Shown one piece after another: positions 38,313-47,624 of a stretch of 64,000 nt of DNA. The notes below the pieces were generated by a model. The model was given only the letters and a program-made list of their open reading frames with translations. It was not told where the DNA came from and did not search any database. The translations under genes and the position numbers were made by a program. Where the stretch lies: contig JBQCIS010000114.1 in the NCBI GenBank assembly GCA_051953515.1, positions 2,226 through 66,225 of the forward strand, in the 5' to 3' direction. The DNA comes from Mucilaginibacter sp. (GTDB lineage: Bacteria; Bacteroidota; Bacteroidia; Sphingobacteriales; Sphingobacteriaceae). Each line of letters starts with the position of its first letter. The first letter of the stretch is position 1.

Positions 38313-40496
38313 ATGGATCTAAAAAGAACCTTTATACAAACGTTCAGCTTTTTGATGCTGACTGTTATTGGTTATGCTGCCCATGGCCAGGGGCAAATTG
38401 AAAAGGTGGGTTCGGGTGTCGACAAAATTACGTGGGGAAGTACTGATAAGTTTACACCATACGCCGTATGCGAAGAGAAGCCAATGCAGACGGCATTATC
38501 ATCAATGCCTGCCGGCGGTGAATTGCCATTTAAATTGCAAGATATACGCATACGGGAGAATGCAAGAGGCATTGTTGTAGAAATACCGCTATCGGCTGAT
38601 GAACATATTTATGGATTCGGCCTGCAAATGAATTCGTTTGATCAGAAAGGCCTGAGAAAAAAGCCTGTAGTAGATGCTTACCCCGTAAATAACGTGGGTT
38701 ATTCGCACGCGCCAATGCCATATTATGTTTCAACCAAAGGTTACGGTATTTTAATTAATACAGCACGTTATACTACCTTTTATATGGGCGTACATCAACG
38801 ACTTGATAAAAGCATTACAGGTACTGAAAAGCGTAAAAAGGATTCGGATATTGATTCTCCTGAGGCGTTATATAAATCTAAGGAAGAGGCTGCCGGGACT
38901 GTAACGGTTGATATACCCGGGGCAAAAGGTATAGATATATATGTTTTTGAAGGCCCTGGCATGAAAGAGGCTATACAACGCTATAATTTATTTTCAGGTG
39001 GCGGTGCATTACCGGCGTTGTGGGGGCTCGGTGTAAAATACCGAGTAAAATCTGATTTTGCCGATAAAGGGGTTCTCAAAATGGCCCGGTATTTCCGCGA
39101 AAATCATATTCCTTGTGATGTGTTCGGTTTGGAGCCCCAATGGCAAAGCCAAACATATTCATCGTCTTTTGTATGGAATGCGGGCGGCTTCCCCGACCCC
39201 AAACAGTTTGTTGACAGCATGAAGGATTACCATCTGCATGTGAATTTATGGGAACATCCCTATATCGCGAGAAGCTCGCCGATGTATAACGCGCTGCTTA
39301 ATAAAAGCGGCGATTACCCCGTGTGGAAAGGACTTGTACCTGATTTTGCAGATCAGGACGCCCGGAAAATATTCGCCGACTATCATGAAAAGACGTTTGT
39401 TAATATCGGTATATCCGGCTTTAAGATGGATGAGTGCGATAACTCCGATTATTCGCGTGCCGAGATCAATTGGGGATTCCCGGAAATATCCCAGTTTCCG
39501 TCGGGGATAGACGGCGAGCAGATGCATCAATTATTTGGTATGCTTTACGGACAAACCTTATACGGCATTTACCGTAAGCGCAATCAGCGCTCTTTCTTTG
39601 ACATCAGATCATTAAATGCTTTTTCGTCATCATTTCCCGCAGCGATATACAGCGACACTTACGATCAAAAAGAATACATCCGTTTAACATGTGCGTCAGG
39701 TTTTTCGGGATTGCTTTGGTCGCCCGAGGTACGCGAGTCTTCTTCAGAAAATGAACTGATCAGGCGTGTTCAAACCGCTGTACTGTCGGCTCAATGCTTG
39801 TTCAATTCGTGGTATCTTAAAAATCCGCCCTGGCTGCAATATGACCGGAAGAAAAACAATGCCGATGAGTTTCTACCCAATGCATCAGAAATAGAAACCC
39901 ATATTCGGAATCTGCTTAACTTTCGCATGAGCCTGGTGCCATACCTTTACAACGCCTTTGCTGAATATAAGTTAAAAGGTACGCCGCCTTTCCGCGCGCT
40001 GGTAACCGATTATCCGAATGATCCTAAGGTATTTAATATTTATAACGAGTATATGATAGGGGAGAATGTGCTTGCCGCGCCATTACTCGGCGGTACAGAT
40101 TCCCGCAGTATCTACCTGCCTGCAGGAAATTGGTACGATTTTAACACACATAAAAAATATAAGGGCGGGCAAAGTTATGAGTTAAGCTATGACCTTGACC
40201 AGTTGCCCATATTTGTAAAGGAAAACAGCATCTTACCACTAGCACGTCCGGTTGAATATATTGGCGATAATACAAACGGAAACAATGCCCGGTTTGCTGT
40301 AACCTGTTACATATTTGGTAAAGAAGGAACAACGACATTGTTTGAAGATGATGGTACAACCTTTAATTACGAAAAGAGCATGTATAATTTATTGTCGCTG
40401 GATTACAGTAACGGCAAAGGACATGTAAAAAGAAAGGGCCGGTACAAAGGAAAGCTTTATACCATAGTTGGCTGGAAAGAAATATCCGGTGAATGA
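38313..40496 (+). CDS. Glycoside hydrolase family 31 protein (alpha-glycosidase)
   Basis: Signal peptide. IYGFGLQMNSFDQKG...MPYYVSTKGYGILINT, IPCDVFGLEPQWQ, and the nucleophile-region variant ISGFKMDECD. Confidence 0.8.
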   Translation: MDLKRTFIQTFSFLMLTVIGYAAHGQGQIEKVGSGVDKITWGSTDKFTPYAVCEEKPMQTALSSMPAGGELPFKLQDIRIRENARGIVVEIPLSADEHIYGFGLQMNSFDQKGLRKKPVVDAYPVNNVGYSHAPMPYYVSTKGYGILINTARYTTFYMGVHQRLDKSITGTEKRKKDSDIDSPEALYKSKEEAAGTVTVDIPGAKGIDIYVFEGPGMKEAIQRYNLFSGGGALPALWGLGVKYRVKSDFADKGVLKMARYFRENHIPCDVFGLEPQWQSQTYSSSFVWNAGGFPDPKQFVDSMKDYHLHVNLWEHPYIARSSPMYNALLNKSGDYPVWKGLVPDFADQDARKIFADYHEKTFVNIGISGFKMDECDNSDYSRAEINWGFPEISQFPSGIDGEQMHQLFGMLYGQTLYGIYRKRNQRSFFDIRSLNAFSSSFPAAIYSDTYDQKEYIRLTCASGFSGLLWSPEVRESSSENELIRRVQTAVLSAQCLFNSWYLKNPPWLQYDRKKNNADEFLPNASEIETHIRNLLNFRMSLVPYLYNAFAEYKLKGTPPFRALVTDYPNDPKVFNIYNEYMIGENVLAAPLLGGTDSRSIYLPAGNWYDFNTHKKYKGGQSYELSYDLDQLPIFVKENSILPLARPVEYIGDNTNGNNARFAVTCYIFGKEGTTTLFEDDGTTFNYEKSMYNLLSLDYSNGKGHVKRKGRYKGKLYTIVGWKEISGE

Positions 40497-40524
40497 TCAG
40501 TTTTTATAAAATATTGTAACAGAC

Positions 40525-40911
40525 ATGAAAAAGAAGCTGACGATAGCTGCCGCAGTAGCCCTTTTTGCTGTGATATTCTTTTTTTTCGGGGGCCTCGGAG
40601 CCGACTATAAATTTACAGTATTAAAAACCCCGCCCGGCATTGTAATGACGGGCGACAGCGCCGGCTATGTTGGTTGGGTACATTATAAGGTTAAGGTGTC
40701 TGTGACGAATAATTCCGGTAAAACGTTAAACTTTATGCGCGTTTTGGCTATAATTAAAACCAGCGATGGCCGGAAAATTGGTTTCGCAATGAAAGATACA
40801 GGGCCGGTATTTAAAAATGGAACTAAAATGCAACTGAATCTGGATACAAATATCCCAAAAGAACTGGGTAACCCTGAAATAATAGAGCTTTACTCAGAAC
40901 TAAATAATTAA
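40525..40911 (+). CDS. Small membrane-anchored hypothetical protein (N-terminal TM + ~95-aa beta-rich domain)
   Basis: TM segment IAAAVALFAVIFFFFGGL. No recognisable family. It lies 28 nt after GH31. Confidence 0.45.
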   Translation: MKKKLTIAAAVALFAVIFFFFGGLGADYKFTVLKTPPGIVMTGDSAGYVGWVHYKVKVSVTNNSGKTLNFMRVLAIIKTSDGRKIGFAMKDTGPVFKNGTKMQLNLDTNIPKELGNPEIIELYSELNN

Positions 40912-41144
40912 TAGCCGGTAGCCGTACCTTCATATAAATCTTCATAAAAGGTATACCCGCAGCCTAAGGCATCTGGCCCCTTACTTCATTGTTCTATACG
41001 TGCATTTTTCCCTTTGTAGGCTATTCGCATAAAGAGTAAATTTAAAGTACACTGTATTTAAGCAGGTGTATACAAGAATTTCAATACTCTTTCAATCAAT
41101 TTTATCACCGCCTTTCAATTGATGAAAGATAATCTGTGTTGCAG

Positions 41145-41171
41145 TGAGTATAAGCCTAATGAGTTGTCGTC
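41145..41171 (+). promoter_or_regulatory. ECF-sigma-type promoter-like motif TGAGTAT-N16-CGTC directed at SusC-3
   Basis: gcagTGAGTATaagcctaatgagttgtCGTCtttatg is an exact match. CGTC ends 67 nt before the ATG at 41238. No TAnnTTTG box is present in this leader. Confidence 0.55.
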
Positions 41172-41237
41172 TTTATGTAAATGACCTGGTAAACAAGTCA
41201 TTTATAGCAAATCATTAAAACCAAAAATTAAAGAATT

Positions 41238-44200
41238 ATGAGTTTTTTTTACAAATGGAAGAATTCTGTAAGATGTCTGTTATTGGCACTGTTGCTAATA
41301 GCCGGTATTGATCTTACAGGTTTTGCACAAACCCGGGAAATTAATGGTACCGTAACTGATGCGGTATCCAAAGATCCGTTGCCGGGAGTAACCGTAAAGA
41401 TAAGCGGCACTTCGATCGGTACGCAAACAGATGCATCAGGTAAGTTCCACATTTCAGCAACTCCCAATGCTAAACTGACATTTTCAATTATCGGCTACGC
41501 AACCAGAGAGGCTACAGTTGCCGAAAGCGGCATTGTGAATGTTCAGTTAGCCGCCACAAAAAACGATCTTAACGAGGTTGTGGTTGTAGGTTATGGTACG
41601 GAAAAAAAAGCTACTGTTACCGGCGCTATCGCAACCGTGTCGTCAAAAGTATTTGAAGACCGCGGGCCTGTAAATAACCCGCTGGAATCATTACAGGGAC
41701 AGGTTGCGGGCGTAATTGTTACCCGCACCTCTGCACAGCCAGGCCGGGAGAATTGGAATTTCCAGATACGTGGCGCTACTTCTACCAATGCGCAGGACCC
41801 TCTAATTGTATTGGATGGAGTTGCCTTATCAAGTAATGCAGAGCTGAATACCATCAACCCGAATGATATCGACAATATTTCGTTCCTAAAAGATGCTTCT
41901 GCATCAATTTACGGTGCACGCGCAGCTTTTGGCGTTGTACTGATTACTACTAAAAAAGCCAAGGCAGGCAAAATGCAAATTAAGTATGATGGCCAGGTGT
42001 CGGAGAAGCTATTAGGCCTGGTGCCTCAGCTTGTTAACGACCAACAATGGGGAGCCGGTTTGCAACAGGCGCTAATAAATGATAATTATGGTGTTGCACC
42101 AACCAGTTATTTGTGGTACCAGTTGGCTTTACTGGCTCAAAATCCTCCTGCATCGGGTTATATCGATATTACCCAATTGCCCGGATATGCAGGGTCAGCT
42201 AATGGTGTACTGTATAATGGAACCCCGCTGCCGTCATTCGGCGATGTAAAAGACTTCACATTCTTTAACACCAACATGGAAAAGATACTGTGGGGAAACA
42301 CCACGTCTCAACAGCATAACCTGAGTTTTTCGGGGCGTTCGGATAAATCCGGTTATTATGTATCACTTGGCTACGAAAATGACGGAAGCCCGCTGAGATA
42401 CGGAACAAACGGTAGCCAAAGGTATAACCTACGCCTTAACCACGACTACAGTTTCAGCGACCGGGTAAAGTTAGAAACTAATATCTCGCTGGAGAGAAAC
42501 GATATTCAGCAGCCATCATTATTAAGCGCTTCGGGCTATAGTGCACTTAGCAATTACTCGCAGCCAGGTTTGCCCGCATTTACCTCCCAGGGGCAGCCGT
42601 ATGCATGGGGAACAGTATATAGCCCGCCAGGTATGCTAAGAGATGGCGGGGCCAACCGCGAGTATGACAACCGCATTATCTTAAATTCTACTTTGACTTA
42701 TAATTTTGCTAAGCATTTAAACTTTACTGCAACCGCAGGATATAACGACTATTTCCAGGATGTCAGAGTTGATACCAAGCAGGTTCAATACTATAACTAT
42801 GCGGGCAATATCCTGGTGAATACATTCCCCACAAACGGTGCACTTTCTAATGGTGCTAATTATTATCGCCAGAATACCACAGAACCTTATTACAACCTGA
42901 TAGGAAGGGTTTCTTATGATAATACTTTTAATACCGTGCATCATTTAACCGTTATGTTGGGCAGCTCTTACGAGCGTGATGAATACGATATGTTTAATGC
43001 AAGAACCTTTGATTTAGGTGACGAAGACGTTCCTTCACTCAACCTGGGCGTAAATAACGGCACCGCCGGATTTGTTACTGATGGTGAAACGCAAAATCAT
43101 TATGCGCTTGGCTCTTATTTCGGCAGGGCAACGTATAGCTATAAAGGCAAGTATTTATTTGAGGCGATAGGACGTTATGATGGATCTTCGAAATTTATTG
43201 CTGCCGACCGCTGGAAGGTTTTTGGTGGAGCAAATGCCGGCTGGGTAATGTCTGAAGAAAATTTCCTAAAGGATTCAAAGATTATCAACTTTCTTAAACT
43301 GAGAGCATCTTATGGTACAACCGGTAACCAGGGTGGCATTGGTTTGTACGACTATATACAATCATTAAATGTTAATACCGGCGGCCCTTTACTCGGGAAT
43401 AATACGGCTTCTACAGTAACCACTGCCGGAAGCCTTGTTGCCCTGAACCGTACCTGGGAAACTGTAATAAAGAGAAACCTGGGTGTTGACTTTACCTTAT
43501 TCAGAAATTTCTCGGGCTCATTTGATATATTCCGTAACGAAAATCATAATATGCTGCTTGGTCAGGTTTATCCGGCCGAACTGGGTGCATCAGCTCCCGC
43601 GCAAAATATCGGTGACCTCAGAACCTGGGGATGGGAAACACAATTAACATGGAAGGCGAAAGCAGGCAGTGTAAACTATAGTATCTCCGGAACGCTCACT
43701 GATAACCGGAATAAACTCGTTCATTATGGTGGCAAAAATGTGTTGGTTTCAGGTATGAATTCGACTGTTGAAGGCTATCCTCTGAACTCTGTATTTGGTT
43801 TAGAGTATGGGGGACGCCTACAGAATCAGGCGCAGGTTGATGCTTACAACGCTAAATATGCGCCAACCGGCAGTACAAATAATATCGGTCTGCCTATTCC
43901 AACTCCGCTCAAAAATCCAGCCGGGCAAATGTCTGGACTGCGCCCGGGCGACAACACGTATAAGGATGTTAACGGCGATGGGAAGTTAAGTATCGGAACC
44001 AGCACAACCAACCCCGGCGACCTGGTTTATTTGGGTACAAACGATCCGCGTTATTCTTTCGGTCTTAATTTGGGCCTGCAATGGAAAGGATTTGATTTCT
44101 TCGCCATTTTGCAAGGTGTTGGTAAAAGAACAATACTCAGGTCGGGAAACTGGAGAATACCTTACACCACTATTTTCCAGGGGCAAACCAACGAATACGT

Positions 44201-44546
44201 AGGCAATACCTGGTCGCCAAGCGACCCTAATGCATACTATCCAAATCTGCATTCTGCGCAGAATAATGGGATTAATGCCTATAACTACCAACCTTCCAGC
44301 TGGAGCGTTCAGAATGGTGCCTATGCACGTCTAAAAAATCTGGTTATTGGTTACACATTGCCCCAAAGCCTCATGAACCGTATAAAAGGAGTTTCAAAAA
44401 TAAGGGTGTTTGTATCGGGTAGTGACCTGACGGAAATAGATGGGATACATGACGGCTGGGACCCTGAAGCAACCAGTGGCGTAAGCGGAAATGAAAGATT
44501 TCCTTTTTACCGGCTGATAACTGTGGGTGCAAATGTTAGTTTCTAA
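41238..44546 (+). CDS. SusC/RagA-family TonB-dependent transporter (no STN/anti-sigma signalling domain)
   Basis: The signal peptide is followed directly by the CarboxypepD_reg-like domain (INGTVTDAVSKDPLPGVTV). Plug motifs LNEVVVVGYGTEKK and SFLKDASASIYGARAAFGVVLITTKK. Terminal strand VGANVSF. Confidence 0.95.
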   Translation: MSFFYKWKNSVRCLLLALLLIAGIDLTGFAQTREINGTVTDAVSKDPLPGVTVKISGTSIGTQTDASGKFHISATPNAKLTFSIIGYATREATVAESGIVNVQLAATKNDLNEVVVVGYGTEKKATVTGAIATVSSKVFEDRGPVNNPLESLQGQVAGVIVTRTSAQPGRENWNFQIRGATSTNAQDPLIVLDGVALSSNAELNTINPNDIDNISFLKDASASIYGARAAFGVVLITTKKAKAGKMQIKYDGQVSEKLLGLVPQLVNDQQWGAGLQQALINDNYGVAPTSYLWYQLALLAQNPPASGYIDITQLPGYAGSANGVLYNGTPLPSFGDVKDFTFFNTNMEKILWGNTTSQQHNLSFSGRSDKSGYYVSLGYENDGSPLRYGTNGSQRYNLRLNHDYSFSDRVKLETNISLERNDIQQPSLLSASGYSALSNYSQPGLPAFTSQGQPYAWGTVYSPPGMLRDGGANREYDNRIILNSTLTYNFAKHLNFTATAGYNDYFQDVRVDTKQVQYYNYAGNILVNTFPTNGALSNGANYYRQNTTEPYYNLIGRVSYDNTFNTVHHLTVMLGSSYERDEYDMFNARTFDLGDEDVPSLNLGVNNGTAGFVTDGETQNHYALGSYFGRATYSYKGKYLFEAIGRYDGSSKFIAADRWKVFGGANAGWVMSEENFLKDSKIINFLKLRASYGTTGNQGGIGLYDYIQSLNVNTGGPLLGNNTASTVTTAGSLVALNRTWETVIKRNLGVDFTLFRNFSGSFDIFRNENHNMLLGQVYPAELGASAPAQNIGDLRTWGWETQLTWKAKAGSVNYSISGTLTDNRNKLVHYGGKNVLVSGMNSTVEGYPLNSVFGLEYGGRLQNQAQVDAYNAKYAPTGSTNNIGLPIPTPLKNPAGQMSGLRPGDNTYKDVNGDGKLSIGTSTTNPGDLVYLGTNDPRYSFGLNLGLQWKGFDFFAILQGVGKRTILRSGNWRIPYTTIFQGQTNEYVGNTWSPSDPNAYYPNLHSAQNNGINAYNYQPSSWSVQNGAYARLKNLVIGYTLPQSLMNRIKGVSKIRVFVSGSDLTEIDGIHDGWDPEATSGVSGNERFPFYRLITVGANVSF

Positions 44547-44565
44547 AAAGTTAAACAAGATCAAG

Positions 44566-46389
44566 ATGAAAAATCATAGAACCGGATACTTAACTGTATT
44601 ATTCATAACCCTGTTGGGAATGATTCAATACAGCTGTAATAAAGCGTTAAACTTAAAGCCATTAGATCAGTTGTCTGATGCCGCTTACTTTAAAACACCG
44701 AATGACTTTAAAACATTCGCAAATCAATATTATACCTGGACAAAAACCTTTGCTACATTACCAGGCATTGGTTCAAATTATCATACGGATGACAAGTCGG
44801 ACCTGACCGGTGGCGGCGGTGCTGTAGGCGCAGGCACAAACACAATCCCCACTACAGACGGAACATGGAATGCCGCTTATGCAAGAATTCGTAATTGTAA
44901 TTATTTGCTTACTAAAGCAGCCACCTATTCCAATCCCACTGCAATAGCTCAGTACGTTGCAGAAGCTAAGTTTTTTCGGGCCATGCAGTATTTTGAACTA
45001 TTGGAAGATTATGGCGGAGTCCCGATCGTTACCGCTTTGCTTGATCCGTCGTCGCCAGCATTATATGGTTCACGCGCCTCAAGGGATGCAGTTGTAGATC
45101 AAATCGTCTCAGACTTGCAGGCTGCTATACCCGGGCTTCCGGTGTACCTTGCTTATGGGTCTTCAGATTATGGCCGCGTAACGCAAGGGGCGGCACAGGC
45201 TTTCCTGGGACGGGTTGCATTGTATGAGGGCACCTGGCAGAAATTCAGAAACGGAGATGCAACGCGATATAACAACTTGTTGGATATCAGTATCGCTGCA
45301 TCCAATAGTGTTATTACGGGTAATCATTATGCGTTATTTGGCACTCCTGCATCCGATGCGTTGGGTGGAGGAAACAGCAGTTTACTGGGCGACTCGGCAC
45401 TAAAATATTTGTTTATTTTAGAGAACCCGAAATCAAACCCTGCCGGTATTACAAAAGCAGCCAATCATGAATACATCTTTGCCACACGATATGATGATGT
45501 GTTGAAGGTTGCTAATAACAACATTAGCCATTCTGCTTCAATTGGCGTAAATCATAAAGAAATTGATATGTTCTTATGTGCAGACGGCCTTCCGGTAGAA
45601 AAATCGACGCTCTTCCAGGGATTTCAAACATACACCTCTGAGTTTCAAAACCGCGACAATAGATTAAGGTATACCGTTAAAATAGTAGGCAACTATTACT
45701 GGCAAGGGAATGCCAACTACAGGATAAACTGGACCAGCGATGCAGCTGATCGCGCCAATTCATTAGGCCCCGCTATACCTGGCGCAGGTTATGGCAGCCA
45801 GAAATGGGTGTCGGAAAGACAGGTACCCGATTATAAAGAATCAGAAGATTGTCCGATTATCAGATACGCAGAAGTGCTGCTGAACTATGCAGAGGCCGTT
45901 TACGAACGTAATGGCTCAATAAGCGATGCTGATTTGGATAAATCAATCAACCTGGTAAGGTTGCGCGTAAACCGGGATAACGGAATGCCGAAGCTAAGCA
46001 ACGCCTTTGTTAACACTAATGGTCTTGATATGCGCACAGAAATACGTCGTGAGCGAGCTGTGGAATTGTTTGATGAAGATTTCCGTTTAGATGATATCAA
46101 ACGCTGGCATAGTGCACAAACCGACCTGGTAACAAATGTTGGCGGGGTTGCTTACGGCAATGCAGCCGGATTTGTAAGCTCCTGGCCTATTGGCGTTAAA
46201 TTTACCGGTACACAAGCACAATTGGGCCCTAACCCCATTAAACCGGTTCCGAATAATCCGTTGGATGCAAACGGGTTCCTGATTACCGATCAAACAGCCA
46301 GAGGTTTCACAGAAAAGAACTATTTATACCCGCTGCCCGCGCAGGAATTGTCGCTTAATCCTAAACTGGTGCAAAACCCAGGCTGGTAA
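44566..46389 (+). CDS. SusD/RagB-family lipoprotein
   Basis: The ATG at 44566 gives a lipoprotein signal (LLGMIQYSC). C-terminal block RRERAVELFDEDFRLDDIKRWH ... LVQNPGW. Confidence 0.9.
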   Translation: MKNHRTGYLTVLFITLLGMIQYSCNKALNLKPLDQLSDAAYFKTPNDFKTFANQYYTWTKTFATLPGIGSNYHTDDKSDLTGGGGAVGAGTNTIPTTDGTWNAAYARIRNCNYLLTKAATYSNPTAIAQYVAEAKFFRAMQYFELLEDYGGVPIVTALLDPSSPALYGSRASRDAVVDQIVSDLQAAIPGLPVYLAYGSSDYGRVTQGAAQAFLGRVALYEGTWQKFRNGDATRYNNLLDISIAASNSVITGNHYALFGTPASDALGGGNSSLLGDSALKYLFILENPKSNPAGITKAANHEYIFATRYDDVLKVANNNISHSASIGVNHKEIDMFLCADGLPVEKSTLFQGFQTYTSEFQNRDNRLRYTVKIVGNYYWQGNANYRINWTSDAADRANSLGPAIPGAGYGSQKWVSERQVPDYKESEDCPIIRYAEVLLNYAEAVYERNGSISDADLDKSINLVRLRVNRDNGMPKLSNAFVNTNGLDMRTEIRRERAVELFDEDFRLDDIKRWHSAQTDLVTNVGGVAYGNAAGFVSSWPIGVKFTGTQAQLGPNPIKPVPNNPLDANGFLITDQTARGFTEKNYLYPLPAQELSLNPKLVQNPGW

Positions 46390-46423
46390 CCATAGTATTA
46401 GCTAAATTAAGTTTACCCCTATT

Positions 46424-46453
46424 AAAAAGGCTTCTCATATGAGAAGCCTTTTT
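46424..46453. terminator. Bidirectional terminator: perfect 30-nt palindrome
   Basis: AAAAAGGCTTCTCAT/ATGAGAAGCCTTTTT lies between the convergent SusD (+) and sigma-2 (-) genes. Confidence 0.7.
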
Positions 46454-46796
46454 AATTTGTCAATGTATAACCTGCATTTGCTAAGAGTGCCGGCAATACA
46501 CGATTTCCATCCAACGCTTAAGAAATGGATGCACATAATTTTCGACAAACATTCTGATGGAATGGTGCTATATGCTGATTTTTTCTGCTTAACTAAATAT
46601 CACAAAAGGATGAAAAGCGGATTCGCTCTATAGAACCGGGTGCCGGTAAATGATCAACAGCGATTTGTTACCTTTCTGCAAACTATTTGGTGGATATGAT
46701 AGTTGCTTGGCTATTATCTTTCAGAAGAGGGGGAAGGAAGGGGAGGCAGCCATATAATAAGAGAAATGAACTTATTATATATACATCGTCTCTGCA

Positions 46797-47411
46797 TTAG
46801 ATTTGAACCTGCTGGCAGTAATTTCCATCTGCCCGAATATAGCCGCTCTCATTATTCTTATTTTTTTCGGTAAGCTTTAAACGAAGCTGGTTGATGCCAC
46901 GGTGAACATGATTCACCACGGATTGATACCGCAAACCGGTTAGCTGCGCGATCTGGTCATAACTCCAATCATCATAGTACCTAAGGAAGATCATTTCCTT
47001 TTGGCGGTTGGGCAGCATATTGAGTGCTTGAGAAAGCATCCGTTTCATTTCCATGCTTGCTTCCTGATCAACCAAAATGTCTTCTGCTGAAAATACGATA
47101 TCAATCTGATGGCCGCCATTTAGATCAATCGGCTCGGTCTTATTTGCTCTGAGGAAAGTTATGGCAAGCGAGCGTGCCGATTTGAAGAAATAATATTTGA
47201 CGTTTTTGATAGGGCCAAGCCGTTCTCTACGCTCCCAAAGCTTTACGAAAAGATCCTGCAAAATATCTTGCGCAGCATCTTCATCCTTCACAATTTTAAA
47301 CAGGTAATAATATAATGCGGAATAAAGCGTGTTATGAATACGGCTAAAAGATTGCACATCTCCGTTAAGTGTTTCTTCCCACCATTTGGATAATTCATCG
47401 CAATTGTTCAT
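46797..47411 (-). CDS. ECF-type RNA polymerase sigma-70 factor, no adjacent anti-sigma (sigma-2)
   Basis: Region 2 QDILQDLFVKLW...YFFKSARSLAITFLR and region 4 LPNRQKEMIFLRYYDDWSYDQIAQLTGLRYQSVVNHVHRG. It lies 213 nt downstream of HTCS-2 on the same strand. Confidence 0.85.
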   Translation of the reverse strand: MNNCDELSKWWEETLNGDVQSFSRIHNTLYSALYYYLFKIVKDEDAAQDILQDLFVKLWERRERLGPIKNVKYYFFKSARSLAITFLRANKTEPIDLNGGHQIDIVFSAEDILVDQEASMEMKRMLSQALNMLPNRQKEMIFLRYYDDWSYDQIAQLTGLRYQSVVNHVHRGINQLRLKLTEKNKNNESGYIRADGNYCQQVQI

Positions 47412-47555
47412 GGCTAATCAGGTTATTTTTAGAGCCGCAACTTATGGTATATCGAAGTATCGCGACCATTTCTGTCAGACGACGATTTGTTTATACTTAA
47501 GGCGGTATAATTGGTTTACAAGAGCTAATATGAGGCGTTTTTTCCGGGAAAAAGG

Positions 47556-47587
47556 GGCACAAATTAGTCATTTAAAAGGCACAAATT
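47556..47587 (-). promoter_or_regulatory. 10-bp direct repeat GGCACAAATT x2, 22 bp apart (candidate AraC-type/HTCS-2 site) upstream of sigma-2
   Basis: Copies at 47556-47565 and 47578-47587; the extended match is 14 of 16 nt. They lie 145-176 nt upstream of the sigma-2 ATG. The function is inferred only. Confidence 0.3.
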
Positions 47588-47624
47588 CGGCAGTATGGAA
47601 AAGGTGAGTATGGAGAGTTAGTGT

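Noticed and set aside
44527-44565. Upstream GTG (44527) or ATG (44533) start for SusD-3, overlapping SusC-3
   Set aside because: The ATG at 44566 yields a canonical lipoprotein signal peptide (…LLGMIQYSC). The extension adds a charged 13-aa leader with no function.
46439-46633. 64-aa ORF in the SusD-3/sigma-2 intergenic region
   Set aside because: Its ATG is the central CATATG of the 30-nt terminator palindrome. It has no motifs, so I treat it as non-coding.
47473-47499. TAAGTAT ... CGTCGTC on the minus strand upstream of sigma-2, as possible autoregulation
   Set aside because: The spacer is only 8-11 nt instead of 16-17, and the -35 element has a mismatch. It is not comparable with the other copies.
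47605-47611. Another exact TGAGTAT heptamer (+ strand) at the 3' end of HTCS-2
   Set aside because: No CGTC or TGTC lies 16-17 nt downstream (the sequence there is ATCA), and there is no plus-strand gene downstream. A single 7-mer is expected several times by chance in 64 kb.
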